The notes below the pieces were generated by a model. The model saw only the letters and a list, made by a program, of their open reading frames with translations, searched no databases and was not told the origin of the DNA. This document shows, piece by piece, positions 19,101 through 27,551 of a stretch of DNA of 64,000 bases (its first letter is position 1; each line of letters opens with the position of its first letter). Source of the stretch: a bacterium. Its GTDB lineage: Bacteria; Patescibacteriota; Minisyncoccia; Phycocordibacterales; JBBTRF01. The translations under genes and the position numbers were made by a program. The stretch is taken from NCBI GenBank assembly GCA_037130265.1, contig JBAXTI010000001.1, positions 171,086 through 235,085 on the forward strand, written 5' to 3'.

Positions 19101-19787
19101 ATGGAAAACACACAAAGCATTTCACGACGTTCATTGGTCATTATTGGCGTATTTGTTCTGGTCATCCTCGCTCTCGGCTTTTATTACAAGAGCAACATCA
19201 TGCAGAAGTTCTCGATTGGCGAGACTGCGGTGGTGGCGGAAGTGAGTGACAATTCTCCGATCGCTTTCTACAAGAACCCAGCGTACGGCTATCAGTTTAG
19301 CTATGAGAAGGCAACCTTTGCTCTAGTTCAGGCTCAGCTAGTTCCTCCAGGTTCAAAAACAGCGGTTGCTGGAGTAAAATTGATCCCTGCTGACCGAACT
19401 TCTTCTCTTGGAAAGTCTGGTTGTACATACGGAGGATCTGGCAAGCAGACTACTTGTAATGCTGACATGGAAAACGGCCTCTTCTTCGGCATTGTAAAGG
19501 CTGATCTTGAGACTGCTCTTTCTACTGTTGATAATCCTAGCCTTTTGAGGGCGGTCGCGATCAATGATGTTGATGTGTACCAGTATTCTATCGGTGCTGA
19601 GGGTGACGGTATTGATTACTATTTCTGGCCAATAACAGACGACACGACTTTGGTTATTGGACGAAAGTACACAGGAGTTTCTGTGCCGACCAACTTTGAC
19701 ACCATGCTTCTCTTGAATGCCATGACCTTCCCTGGAATGGTGAAGAACAGTCAGGCTGACGAAAGCGCTCACGCTTCAAAGAAATAA
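19101..19787 (+). CDS. Membrane-anchored exported hypothetical protein
   Basis: N-terminal TM; YKNPAYGYQFSY motif like 2067-2582. Confidence 0.75.
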   Translation: MENTQSISRRSLVIIGVFVLVILALGFYYKSNIMQKFSIGETAVVAEVSDNSPIAFYKNPAYGYQFSYEKATFALVQAQLVPPGSKTAVAGVKLIPADRTSSLGKSGCTYGGSGKQTTCNADMENGLFFGIVKADLETALSTVDNPSLLRAVAINDVDVYQYSIGAEGDGIDYYFWPITDDTTLVIGRKYTGVSVPTNFDTMLLLNAMTFPGMVKNSQADESAHASKK

Positions 19788-19810
19788 TTCAAACATAATT
19801 TTCCAATCTT

Positions 19811-20365
19811 ATGAAAAAAATCCTCATTACCCTCGCAGTCCTTGTCGTCCTTGCGGCGCTCTATGGCGTGTCGGTGTACAACGGTGTTGTTACTCAGGGT
19901 CAGGCGGTGGACTCTCAGTTGGCAAAGGTAGAATCTTCACTTCAGCGACGCTTTGATCTTATTCCGAACCTCGTGAATTCTGTGAAGGGTACGTTGAAGC
20001 AGGAGCAGGCGATCTTTACCGCGCTCGCTGAGGCTCGCACCAAGTATGCCGGAGCGACCACCTTGGCAGACAAGGCAGCTGCTTCTGCGCAGATGGAGAG
20101 TGGACTTGGTCGGTTGATCGCTATTGTCGAAAACTACCCAGTCTTGAAGTCTTCTGAAGCAGTCCAAACCCTCATGACTCAGTTGGAGGGTACAGAAAAT
20201 CGAATCAACACTGAACGCGGCCGATACAATGAAATGGTGCAGGGATACAATGTGCTCGTGATGCGTTTCCCAGGTTCGATGTTTGCGAAGATGTACGGCT
20301 TCAGCGCGAAAGAGTATTTCCAAGCAGACAAGGCAGCCGCTGTAGTGCCGGCAGTTAATCTTTAG
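19811..20365 (+). CDS. lemA: LemA family protein
   Basis: LQRRFDLIPNLV, ENYPVLKS, LEGTENRI, FPGSMFA. Confidence 0.93.
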   Translation: MKKILITLAVLVVLAALYGVSVYNGVVTQGQAVDSQLAKVESSLQRRFDLIPNLVNSVKGTLKQEQAIFTALAEARTKYAGATTLADKAAASAQMESGLGRLIAIVENYPVLKSSEAVQTLMTQLEGTENRINTERGRYNEMVQGYNVLVMRFPGSMFAKMYGFSAKEYFQADKAAAVVPAVNL

Positions 20366-20372
20366 TCAACAG

Positions 20373-21257
20373 ATGCAAAAGATGCGCGCTTTTCGAGGCG
20401 GCATTGTAGCGGCAATACTCTTCTTGCCGCTTTTTGCTTTGGCATACAAGAGCCCGGGTCAGCCGAATGGCTTTGTGAATGATTTTGCGAAGATACTCAC
20501 GGCCAATCAAGTGCTCGAATTGAACAAGGACTTGGCAGCATTTTCGTTGCAAGGTGAACAGAATGAAATCTCTGTGGTGACGGTGCCGACGCTCGGTGGC
20601 GATGATGTCGAAAGCTACTCTGCGAATCTGTTCAAAGAGTGGGGGATCGGCAAGGCTGAGAAGGATAACGGAGTTCTTCTTTTGATCGCGGTGGAGGATC
20701 GCAAGATGCGCATCGAAGTTGGATATGGTGCGGAGGCTTTACTTACCGATGCGCAAAGTGGAGCGATCGTTCGCAATATTTTGACACCCGCTTTTCGTTC
20801 TGGAGACTTCTATGGAGGTATTAACAAGGCCGTGCAGGAAATCGCCCGCGCGCTGAGTGGGGATGCGTCATCTGCTGTGCCGGAAGAGTCCCCGCGTTTT
20901 GCATTTTCACTGGAAAATATTCTTGGTTTCGGAGTATTTGTTGCTGTTTTTCTGGCAAGTATTCTCGGTGCCTCAAAATCTTGGTGGCTCGGCGGCGTGC
21001 TCGGTGCCATTGTCGGAGGAGTGATCACGTTTTTCGTCGGCTTCTTTTATTTCGGGTTGATCTCTATCGCAGTACTTGTGCCGCTCGGCCTCCTCTTTGA
21101 TTTCCTGGTTTCCCGCTCATATCAAAAGTCCATGTTGGCCACTGGCCTGCCTCCAGTGTGGCTCGGCGGTGGACGAGGTGGTTCTGGCGGGTCCGGCGGC
21201 TTCGGAGGATTTGGTGGTGGCGGATCGGGAGGTGGTGGGTCGAGTGGGAGTTGGTAG
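20373..21257 (+). CDS. TPM-domain (YgcG-like) membrane protein
   Basis: VNDFA, WGIGKAEKDNGVLLL, RIEVGYG, Gly-rich tail GGGGSSGSW; next to lemA. Confidence 0.92.
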   Translation: MQKMRAFRGGIVAAILFLPLFALAYKSPGQPNGFVNDFAKILTANQVLELNKDLAAFSLQGEQNEISVVTVPTLGGDDVESYSANLFKEWGIGKAEKDNGVLLLIAVEDRKMRIEVGYGAEALLTDAQSGAIVRNILTPAFRSGDFYGGINKAVQEIARALSGDASSAVPEESPRFAFSLENILGFGVFVAVFLASILGASKSWWLGGVLGAIVGGVITFFVGFFYFGLISIAVLVPLGLLFDFLVSRSYQKSMLATGLPPVWLGGGRGGSGGSGGFGGFGGGGSGGGGSSGSW

Positions 21258-21260
21258 CTG

Positions 21261-21365
21261 GGAATTCGAGGGAAAATGTTTGGATGCGGTAATTTCTCGC
21301 TAGAAATTTCCTAGTCCTCGACGACTACTCGTCTGCGGATATCCAAATATTTTTCCTCGAATTCC
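21261..21365. repeat. Structured intergenic repeat family, copy 1
   Basis: 25-bp outer inverted repeat enclosing two inner hairpins related to copies at 31403, 31606 and 57654. Confidence 0.65.
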
Positions 21366-21405
21366 TTGTTCTGTGGTACTATCTTTTTGATAAGTAAATA
21401 AGATT

Positions 21406-21492
21406 GGAAAGATGCCAGAGCGGTCGAATGGGCAACCCTGGAAAGGTTGTATATCCGAAAGGGTATCGAGGGTTCGAATCCCTCTCTTTCCG
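21406..21492 (+). tRNA. tRNA-Ser(GGA)
   Basis: GGAAAGA/TCTTTCC acceptor, CAACC-CT-GGA-AA-GGTTG, long variable arm, GGTTCGAATCC; CCA not encoded. Confidence 0.95.
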
Positions 21493-21641
21493 CAGTGAGC
21501 GGAGCGAACGTAGGAAAGAAGCAGGCATTTTAATGCCTGCGTGAGGGATTCGAAAAGTCTGAGCCTATCGCGCGGAGCGTAGCGAGCACGATGCGAAGAC
21601 TGTACCGAAGCTGTAAGCTTCGAATCCCTCTCTTTCCGCCA
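21493..21641 (+). mobile_element. tRNA-matched structured trailer element (Ser copy 1), flanked by 21-bp duplication of the tRNA 3' end
   Basis: TTCGAATCCCTCTCTTTCCGC at 21473-21493 and 21619-21639; internal antisense of tRNA 3' end; same scaffold as 22664-22814 and 41764-41917; mobility is inferred. Confidence 0.6.
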
Positions 21642-21795
21642 GAAAACGAAATCGGATTTTTGAGCTGAAATTGGGTCGCGCCGAAGGCGCGACACTAATG
21701 CATTCCCCCCCCCGCCGAATTCAGAATCCAAAAGGGTTTTCCACGCTCCGCGTGGCTCAAAAAGTAGTGTTCGATCCAAAATTTTAAAGTTCGCG
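21620..21795 (-). pseudogene. Possible C-terminal remnant of an integrase/recombinase gene reading into the tRNA 3' duplicate
   Basis: ANFKILDRTLLFEPRGAWKTL...FWRKERDS, ending antisense in the att-like duplicate; resemblance recalled, not searched. Confidence 0.35.
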
Positions 21796-21844
21796 CAAAG
21801 TGTATAATTACAGCACAAGTTATATTAAATAATTAAATAAAAAT

Positions 21845-22168
21845 ATGGATCTATCAAATAAAAAATGCATACCTTGTGAAGTAGGTGGGGTTGCTTTTAA
21901 ACCAGAAGAAGTTGTAATATTTTCTCGTGATCTTTTAAATTGGGAAGTTTTAGAAAATAAGAAGCTTGTTAGAAAATTTAAATTTAAAGATTTTAAAGAG
22001 TCAATAACTTTTGTAAATAAAGTGGCAGAAATTGCGGAAAAAGAAGGACATCACCCAGATATTGGTATAAATTACAATGAAGTAAATATTGAATTAACTA
22101 CTCATGCGGTCAGAGGACTTACAGAGAATGATTTTATTTTGGCGAGTAAAATAGAAGAGATCATTTAA
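21845..22168 (+). CDS. phhB: Pterin-4-alpha-carbinolamine dehydratase
   Basis: CIPCE, AEKEGHHPDI, LTTHAVRGLTENDFILA; markedly AT-rich relative to flanks. Confidence 0.92.
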   Translation: MDLSNKKCIPCEVGGVAFKPEEVVIFSRDLLNWEVLENKKLVRKFKFKDFKESITFVNKVAEIAEKEGHHPDIGINYNEVNIELTTHAVRGLTENDFILASKIEEII

Positions 22169-22663
22169 TGTGTTTTGTCTTATTTAATAAAAACCTATAC
22201 TTTTTCTCAATTTAATCTCGCCCGAATTCCCCGCAACAAAAAGAGGAGCAAATGGAAAATTCCTCCCCCAACCCCTCCTTTTCCATTTGGGACTTCCGAA
22301 CTCAAAAACAAATGAGCCGAAGTTTTGGCGAATCCTCTTCTTACAGAAGCTGTACACCTTTCACATTTTTGAGTACAAAATGCTCAAGGTCTTGCGAAAG
22401 TGTCCCACACTTTCTCACCCCAAAAAATAGTTTTGCCAAAACTTCGTCCGCATTGTTCCGTCACTTGCCCGAATACTTGGAGGGCAGAACCCCGAAAGAA
22501 AAACACCCTTTCCTTTTTCAAAAGAAATTTCACCCCTGCCAAATCAGAAATGCAAGGAGTGTTTTTCTTTCGGGGTTGCCGAGGCTTTGCGAGGCAGTGG
22601 CGGGACGATTCATTCATCACTGTGATTTTGCTCGAAATACATTCGAACTTTGTCCAGAACACA

Positions 22664-22814
22664 CCGCAGTGAGCGGAGCGGACGTAGGAAAGAAGCAGGC
22701 ATTTTAATGCCTGCGTGAGGGATTCGAAAAGGTTCTCCCATATTTTCGAGAAGCGAGCTCGCGAGCTTCGAGAAAATGGGAAACCTGTACTGGTCCTGTA
22801 AGGACCGAATCTCT
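22664..22814 (+). repeat. tRNA-matched structured trailer element (Ser copy 2, detached from tRNA)
   Basis: 22664-22731 matches 21490-21557 at 67/68 nt, then a different sequence with the same fold (GGTCCT-GTA-AGGACC, CGAATCTC). Confidence 0.8.
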
Positions 22815-22839
22815 GTCGAAAATTTGGTACAATAACAGT

Positions 22840-23460
22840 ATGAAAATTTTCCTTATCATCGTTGCGATAATCGTGCTCTGGTCAATCTGGGGGTATTACT
22901 CCTCAAATGTTGAGCAGGCGGTGTATTCGGTGATGAAAAAAGCCGATGGATACGAAATACGTGAATACCCAGCGCATATCGCAGCGCAAACGACGGTTGA
23001 GGGTTCGTACGACGACGCTCTGAATGAGGGGTTCGGTATCATTGCGGGATACATTTTTGGTGGGAATAGTAAGAAGCAAGGTATCTCCATGACGGCACCC
23101 GTAACAGCACAAGAGTCTGTGTCTGAGAAAATCGCGATGACGGCTCCAGTGGTTGCGAGCACCGAAGGAGGCTCACGTGTCATTTCTTTTGTTATGCCAA
23201 AATCCTATACACTTGAGTCATTGCCTGTCCCGAATGATTCGAGGGTGAAGCTCGTGCAAGTGCCGGAAAAAAAGATGGCCGCGCTTCGTTTTTCTTGGAC
23301 ACGAAACAGTGGTCGAGTACAGAAGATGGAAGATCAACTACTCGCAATGCTTTCTCGCGATAAAGTCGAGGTGGTCGGTGCTCCGGCCTACGCTGGCTAC
23401 AATGCTCCCTGGACACCGCCATGGATGACTCGAAATGAGGTGTTGGTGGAAATAAAGTAA
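22840..23460 (+). CDS. SOUL heme-binding family protein
   Basis: YEIREY, AGYIFGGN, IAMTAPV, FVMP, YNAPWTPP..RNEV. Confidence 0.9.
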   Translation: MKIFLIIVAIIVLWSIWGYYSSNVEQAVYSVMKKADGYEIREYPAHIAAQTTVEGSYDDALNEGFGIIAGYIFGGNSKKQGISMTAPVTAQESVSEKIAMTAPVVASTEGGSRVISFVMPKSYTLESLPVPNDSRVKLVQVPEKKMAALRFSWTRNSGRVQKMEDQLLAMLSRDKVEVVGAPAYAGYNAPWTPPWMTRNEVLVEIK

Positions 23461-23476
23461 CTGTCTATTTCTAGAC

Positions 23477-23857
23477 ATGAAACGAAACGTATTTGCAATC
23501 GTTGGCACACTCGCTTTGTTACTTTTCGGATATTACGTTATTGTGCCACGCTTCTTGCATCAAAGTACTTCCCAAACAGCGAGTTCGTCATTGGAGGAGA
23601 TTACTCTTTCTGGCACTTACACATGTTTACCACTCTTAGATAAGACCAAGGTGCGTGAAGGTGAGTGTGTCTTCGGCATGCGAACAGAGGATGGGGAGTA
23701 CTACATGGTAAATTTCGGCGCCTCCGCTTCCGCAATGGCAGAATTTCAGAATCGTGCACACATCACTGCTAAGGGCTTTGTGAATTTGAAGGAAACTCTG
23801 AATACTGATCAGTGGGCGCCCTATGATATGAAAGGGGTGTTTACGATCACGGAGTGA
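23477..23857 (+). CDS. Membrane-anchored hypothetical protein
   Basis: N-terminal TM; GTYTCLP..ECVFG Cys pair. Confidence 0.75.
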   Translation: MKRNVFAIVGTLALLLFGYYVIVPRFLHQSTSQTASSSLEEITLSGTYTCLPLLDKTKVREGECVFGMRTEDGEYYMVNFGASASAMAEFQNRAHITAKGFVNLKETLNTDQWAPYDMKGVFTITE

Positions 23858-23926
23858 CCTGTTGTTTTGTGGGATGTGAATAGTCGTAAATTTTGATAAA
23901 ATAGATTCCCCTCCTCGAGGTATCCT

Positions 23927-25654
23927 ATGGATTCAAAAAAGCTGCAAAGCCCCACCCAACCCAGCCTCTTCGCCCTTTTGAAGCCCTACAAGCTGCTCAT
24001 TGGCTGGCTTGTGGTGCTCGCCCTCGGCAGTAACGGCCTTACGCTCTGGCTTCCGCGCCTTCTCTCGCACGGTATCGACGGCTACTTCGCCAAGGGTTCG
24101 CTCGACACTATTCTCTGGCAGTTTGGCATCGCCTCGGTAGCCATTTTCATCCTGACCTACCTCCAGAATATCGTCCAGACCTATGCCTCCGAGCGTGTTG
24201 CTCGTGATCTGCGCAATGAACTCTCCGACAAAATCTCCACCCACAGCTTTGCCGAAGTGCAGCTCGCGACCCCTGCTAAGCTCCTCACCAACCTCACTTC
24301 CGATATCGATTCCGTGAAGGGCTTTGTCGCGCAGGCCGTGTCCAACGTTATCTCCTCAGTCTTTCTCATTATTGGCGGTAGTATTTTGCTCATTTCGATC
24401 AACTGGAAGCTCGGCCTTTCGGTGCTCATCGTCCTGCCGATCATCGGGGAAACTTTTGCGGTGATCCTCGGCAAGGTGCGTAAACTATTTATTCAATCTC
24501 GCGAGGTCATCGACTGGCTCAACAAGGTCATCAACGAAAGCATCCTCGGCGCGGCACTCATTCGAGTGGTCAATTCGCAGAGTTCGGAGCACGACAAATT
24601 CGTCGAAGCCAACACCAAGGCCAAGAATGTCGGCGTCGGCATCCTCAAGCTCTTTTCGGCGATGATCCCCATCGTCACCTTCGCTTCCAATCTCGCGATC
24701 CTGATTATCCTCGTGCTCGGCGGAAAATTTATCATTGGTGGTGTCATGACCCTCGGAGAATTCGCGTCGTTCAACAGCTACCTCACTATTCTCATTTTCC
24801 CAATCTTCATTTTGGGCTTTGTGAGCAACATTATCGCTCAAGCGCAGGCTTCCTATGGCCGAATCCACACGGTACTCGCCATGCCGAAGCCGAGAGACGA
24901 CGGCACTGTGACCGCGCCGCTCAAGGGTGCGATCGAGGTCGAGAAGGTGAGCTTGTTGTTTGGCGAAAAGGCCGCTCTAAAGAATATTTCGCTGCGTATC
25001 CAGCCGGGGAGCAAGGTGGCAATCATTGGTCCGACGGCAGCGGGGAAAACGCAGCTCATGAGTCTGCTCATTGGTCTCATCCAGCCCACCTCCGGCGATA
25101 TCAAATACGACGGCATTGCTCTGCCGGCATACCGCCGTGAGCAGCTCTACAAACAGGTCGGGCTCGTCTTCCAGGACAGCATCATTTTCAATATTAGCTT
25201 GAGAGAAAACATTGCATTTAACACCGAGGTCACCAAGGAGGCGATGCAGAAGGCTATCGACACGGCGGAGCTAGCGGACTTCATTAAGACGCTGCCGAAC
25301 GGCCTCGAGCAATTGGTTTCCGAGCGCGGCACCAGCTTGTCCGGCGGACAGAAGCAACGCATCATGCTCGCTCGTGCTTTGGCGATCGATCCAAAGGTGC
25401 TCTTGCTGGATGATTTCACTGCGCGTGTCGACGCCAATACCGAGAAGAAGATCTTGGAGAATGTCTCGAAGAATTACCCAGGCCTCACTCTGGTGTCGGT
25501 GACGCAGAAAATCGCTTCGGTCGAAAGCTACGACCAGATCGTGGTGCTTATGGAAGGCGAAGTGGTCGCTTCTGGTACACATGCCGAACTCATGGCTACC
25601 TCACCTGAGTACGTGCAGATTTACCAATCACAGCAGAGCACCAACGCCCTATGA
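23927..25654 (+). CDS. ABC exporter, fused TMD-NBD (heterodimer subunit 1)
   Basis: 6 TM + GPTAAGKT, LSGGQKQR, degenerate LLDD Walker B. Confidence 0.92.
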   Translation: MDSKKLQSPTQPSLFALLKPYKLLIGWLVVLALGSNGLTLWLPRLLSHGIDGYFAKGSLDTILWQFGIASVAIFILTYLQNIVQTYASERVARDLRNELSDKISTHSFAEVQLATPAKLLTNLTSDIDSVKGFVAQAVSNVISSVFLIIGGSILLISINWKLGLSVLIVLPIIGETFAVILGKVRKLFIQSREVIDWLNKVINESILGAALIRVVNSQSSEHDKFVEANTKAKNVGVGILKLFSAMIPIVTFASNLAILIILVLGGKFIIGGVMTLGEFASFNSYLTILIFPIFILGFVSNIIAQAQASYGRIHTVLAMPKPRDDGTVTAPLKGAIEVEKVSLLFGEKAALKNISLRIQPGSKVAIIGPTAAGKTQLMSLLIGLIQPTSGDIKYDGIALPAYRREQLYKQVGLVFQDSIIFNISLRENIAFNTEVTKEAMQKAIDTAELADFIKTLPNGLEQLVSERGTSLSGGQKQRIMLARALAIDPKVLLLDDFTARVDANTEKKILENVSKNYPGLTLVSVTQKIASVESYDQIVVLMEGEVVASGTHAELMATSPEYVQIYQSQQSTNAL

Positions 25655-27423
25655 AATACGACCTAAACAAAATCAGCGACGGCAAGAAAACATCCAATTG
25701 GCAGGCGGCCAAGAAGATGTTGCCGTTGCTTGCGGAGGAAAGGACTATCATTACTGTCGCGCTCATCGCGGTGGTCGTGAATTCTGGCCTCAGCCTCACG
25801 GCACCTCGCCTCATTGCTCATGCCGTAGACACATTCATCGTGAGCGGGGACTATCACGGCGTACTCGTGTATTCCGGCTACATTCTCATTATCTTTTTGT
25901 TCGGCCTCGTCACCAGCTATACGCAGATTCGCCTCATGGGTGGCGTGGGGCAGCGCGTGCTGTATCGTCTACGCAATCAGATCTTTGAGAAGCTCCAATC
26001 TTTGCCGATCGTCTTTTTCAATCAAAACAAAGCTGGCGACTTGATCTCCAGAATCAACAACGACACGGACAAGATTAATCAATTCTTCTCGCAATCGTTA
26101 GTACAATTTTTTGCCAACATCTTTTTGATGGCCGGTGCCGCAGTCTTTCTGGTGAGCCTCAATCTCAAGCTCGGAGCTGCAACCCTTGCACCTGCGGTCG
26201 TCTTGCTCGTGTTCACGCTCACACTGTCACCTTGGGTGAAGCGCAAGAATCTCGGCAGCGCTCAATCGCTCGGCGGCATGAGTTCGGAGATCCAGGAGAG
26301 TCTCAACAATTTCAAGGTTATTATCGCTTTCAATCGCCGCGACTATTTTAAGAAGCGTTTTCAGGAGGTGAATGACCGCAATTACGATTCGGCGGTGGGC
26401 GCCGGTGTGGCCAACAACACCTTCGTGCCTATCTACGGCCTCGCTTCCAACATTGGCCAACTTATCGTGCTCGCCTACGGTATCTCGCTCATCGCGTCGG
26501 GGCAGTTTACTGTCGGTCTACTCATCGGCTTTCTCTCATATGCCAACAACTTCTATAACCCGCTCCGCCAGCTTGCCGCTCTGTGGGCCAACTTCCAGAC
26601 CGCCATGGCCAGCTGGGATCGCGTGCATGAGATCTTGGTGATTAAGAACGATCTGCTTGTGTTGGAGGATATCGAAGCTAGCGCGAAAGGTACAAAGAAA
26701 ACAGAAACAATACTCGAATTCAAAGATGTGAGTTTTACCTATCCCGATGGCAAAGAAGTACTCCATCACATCAATCTCGATCTCAAGAAAGGGAAGACCT
26801 ACGCGCTCGTCGGCCCGACCGGCGGCGGCAAGACCACTACAGCGTCGCTGATGGCGCGATTGTATGATCCGACCACCGGCAGCGTCTTTTTGGACAGTAG
26901 AGATATTCGTGGTTACTCGGCCGAGGAGCGCGCCAAGAAGATCGGCTTCATTTTGCAGGAGCCGGTGCTGTTTACCGGCACAGTGAAGGAGAATATTTTG
27001 TACGGCAATCCCGTCTATGCTTCCCACACCAATGAACAGTTGAAGCAGGTCATCCACGAGGCCGGCCTGGAGCGATTGTTGCAGCGTTTTGATCAGGGCT
27101 TGGAAACCAAGCTCACGGCGAGCGGGGATGCTGTCAGTCTCGGCCAGAAGCAGCTTATTGCCTTTATTCGTGCGGTGCTCCGCAATCCGGAGTTGCTCAT
27201 CCTGGATGAGGCGACGGCGAACATCGACACCGTCACCGAGCAGCTGCTCGAGGATATTTTGCGTAATCTGCCGGCTCACACGACTCGAGTGATTATTGCG
27301 CATCGCCTGAATACGATCCAGAATGCAGATGAAATCTTCTTTGTAAATGCCGGCGAGGTCGTCCGAGCCGGCTCGATGGATCACGCACTGGAAATGTTGC
27401 TGCATCGCAACAGGAATAGTTAG
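25651..27423 (+). CDS. ABC exporter, fused TMD-NBD (heterodimer subunit 2)
   Basis: 6 TM + GPTGGGKT, SLGQKQ, LDEAT, IAHRL; ATGA overlap. Confidence 0.92.
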   Translation: MKYDLNKISDGKKTSNWQAAKKMLPLLAEERTIITVALIAVVVNSGLSLTAPRLIAHAVDTFIVSGDYHGVLVYSGYILIIFLFGLVTSYTQIRLMGGVGQRVLYRLRNQIFEKLQSLPIVFFNQNKAGDLISRINNDTDKINQFFSQSLVQFFANIFLMAGAAVFLVSLNLKLGAATLAPAVVLLVFTLTLSPWVKRKNLGSAQSLGGMSSEIQESLNNFKVIIAFNRRDYFKKRFQEVNDRNYDSAVGAGVANNTFVPIYGLASNIGQLIVLAYGISLIASGQFTVGLLIGFLSYANNFYNPLRQLAALWANFQTAMASWDRVHEILVIKNDLLVLEDIEASAKGTKKTETILEFKDVSFTYPDGKEVLHHINLDLKKGKTYALVGPTGGGKTTTASLMARLYDPTTGSVFLDSRDIRGYSAEERAKKIGFILQEPVLFTGTVKENILYGNPVYASHTNEQLKQVIHEAGLERLLQRFDQGLETKLTASGDAVSLGQKQLIAFIRAVLRNPELLILDEATANIDTVTEQLLEDILRNLPAHTTRVIIAHRLNTIQNADEIFFVNAGEVVRAGSMDHALEMLLHRNRNS

Positions 27424-27449
27424 GGTTCTTGGTGTAGCGGCGGAAATAA

Positions 27450-27522
27450 AATTTTCTTTATCGGAAATTAGTGAAAAATTGAACCTTTCTTAGCAGTTTC
27501 TCTATCGGTGTTTTTGTATGCT
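27450..27522 (+). promoter_or_regulatory. Conserved promoter/operator element, copy 2 of 3
   Basis: CTTTATCGGAAATTAGTGA-N11-TTTCTTAGCAGTTTC..ATCGGTG..TATGCT, ungapped with 421-493. Confidence 0.65.
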
Positions 27523-27551
27523 GTGTGTATTACTCAATAAGTACACATTAT

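Noticed and set aside
22252-22707. 151-aa ORF and overlapping ORFs in the islet
   Set aside because: No protein-like motifs; they run across long inverted repeats and into the trailer repeat.
21490-22731. 68-bp direct repeat and other repeats as a CRISPR array
   Set aside because: Only two copies 1174 bp apart, no regular repeat-spacer period and no cas genes.
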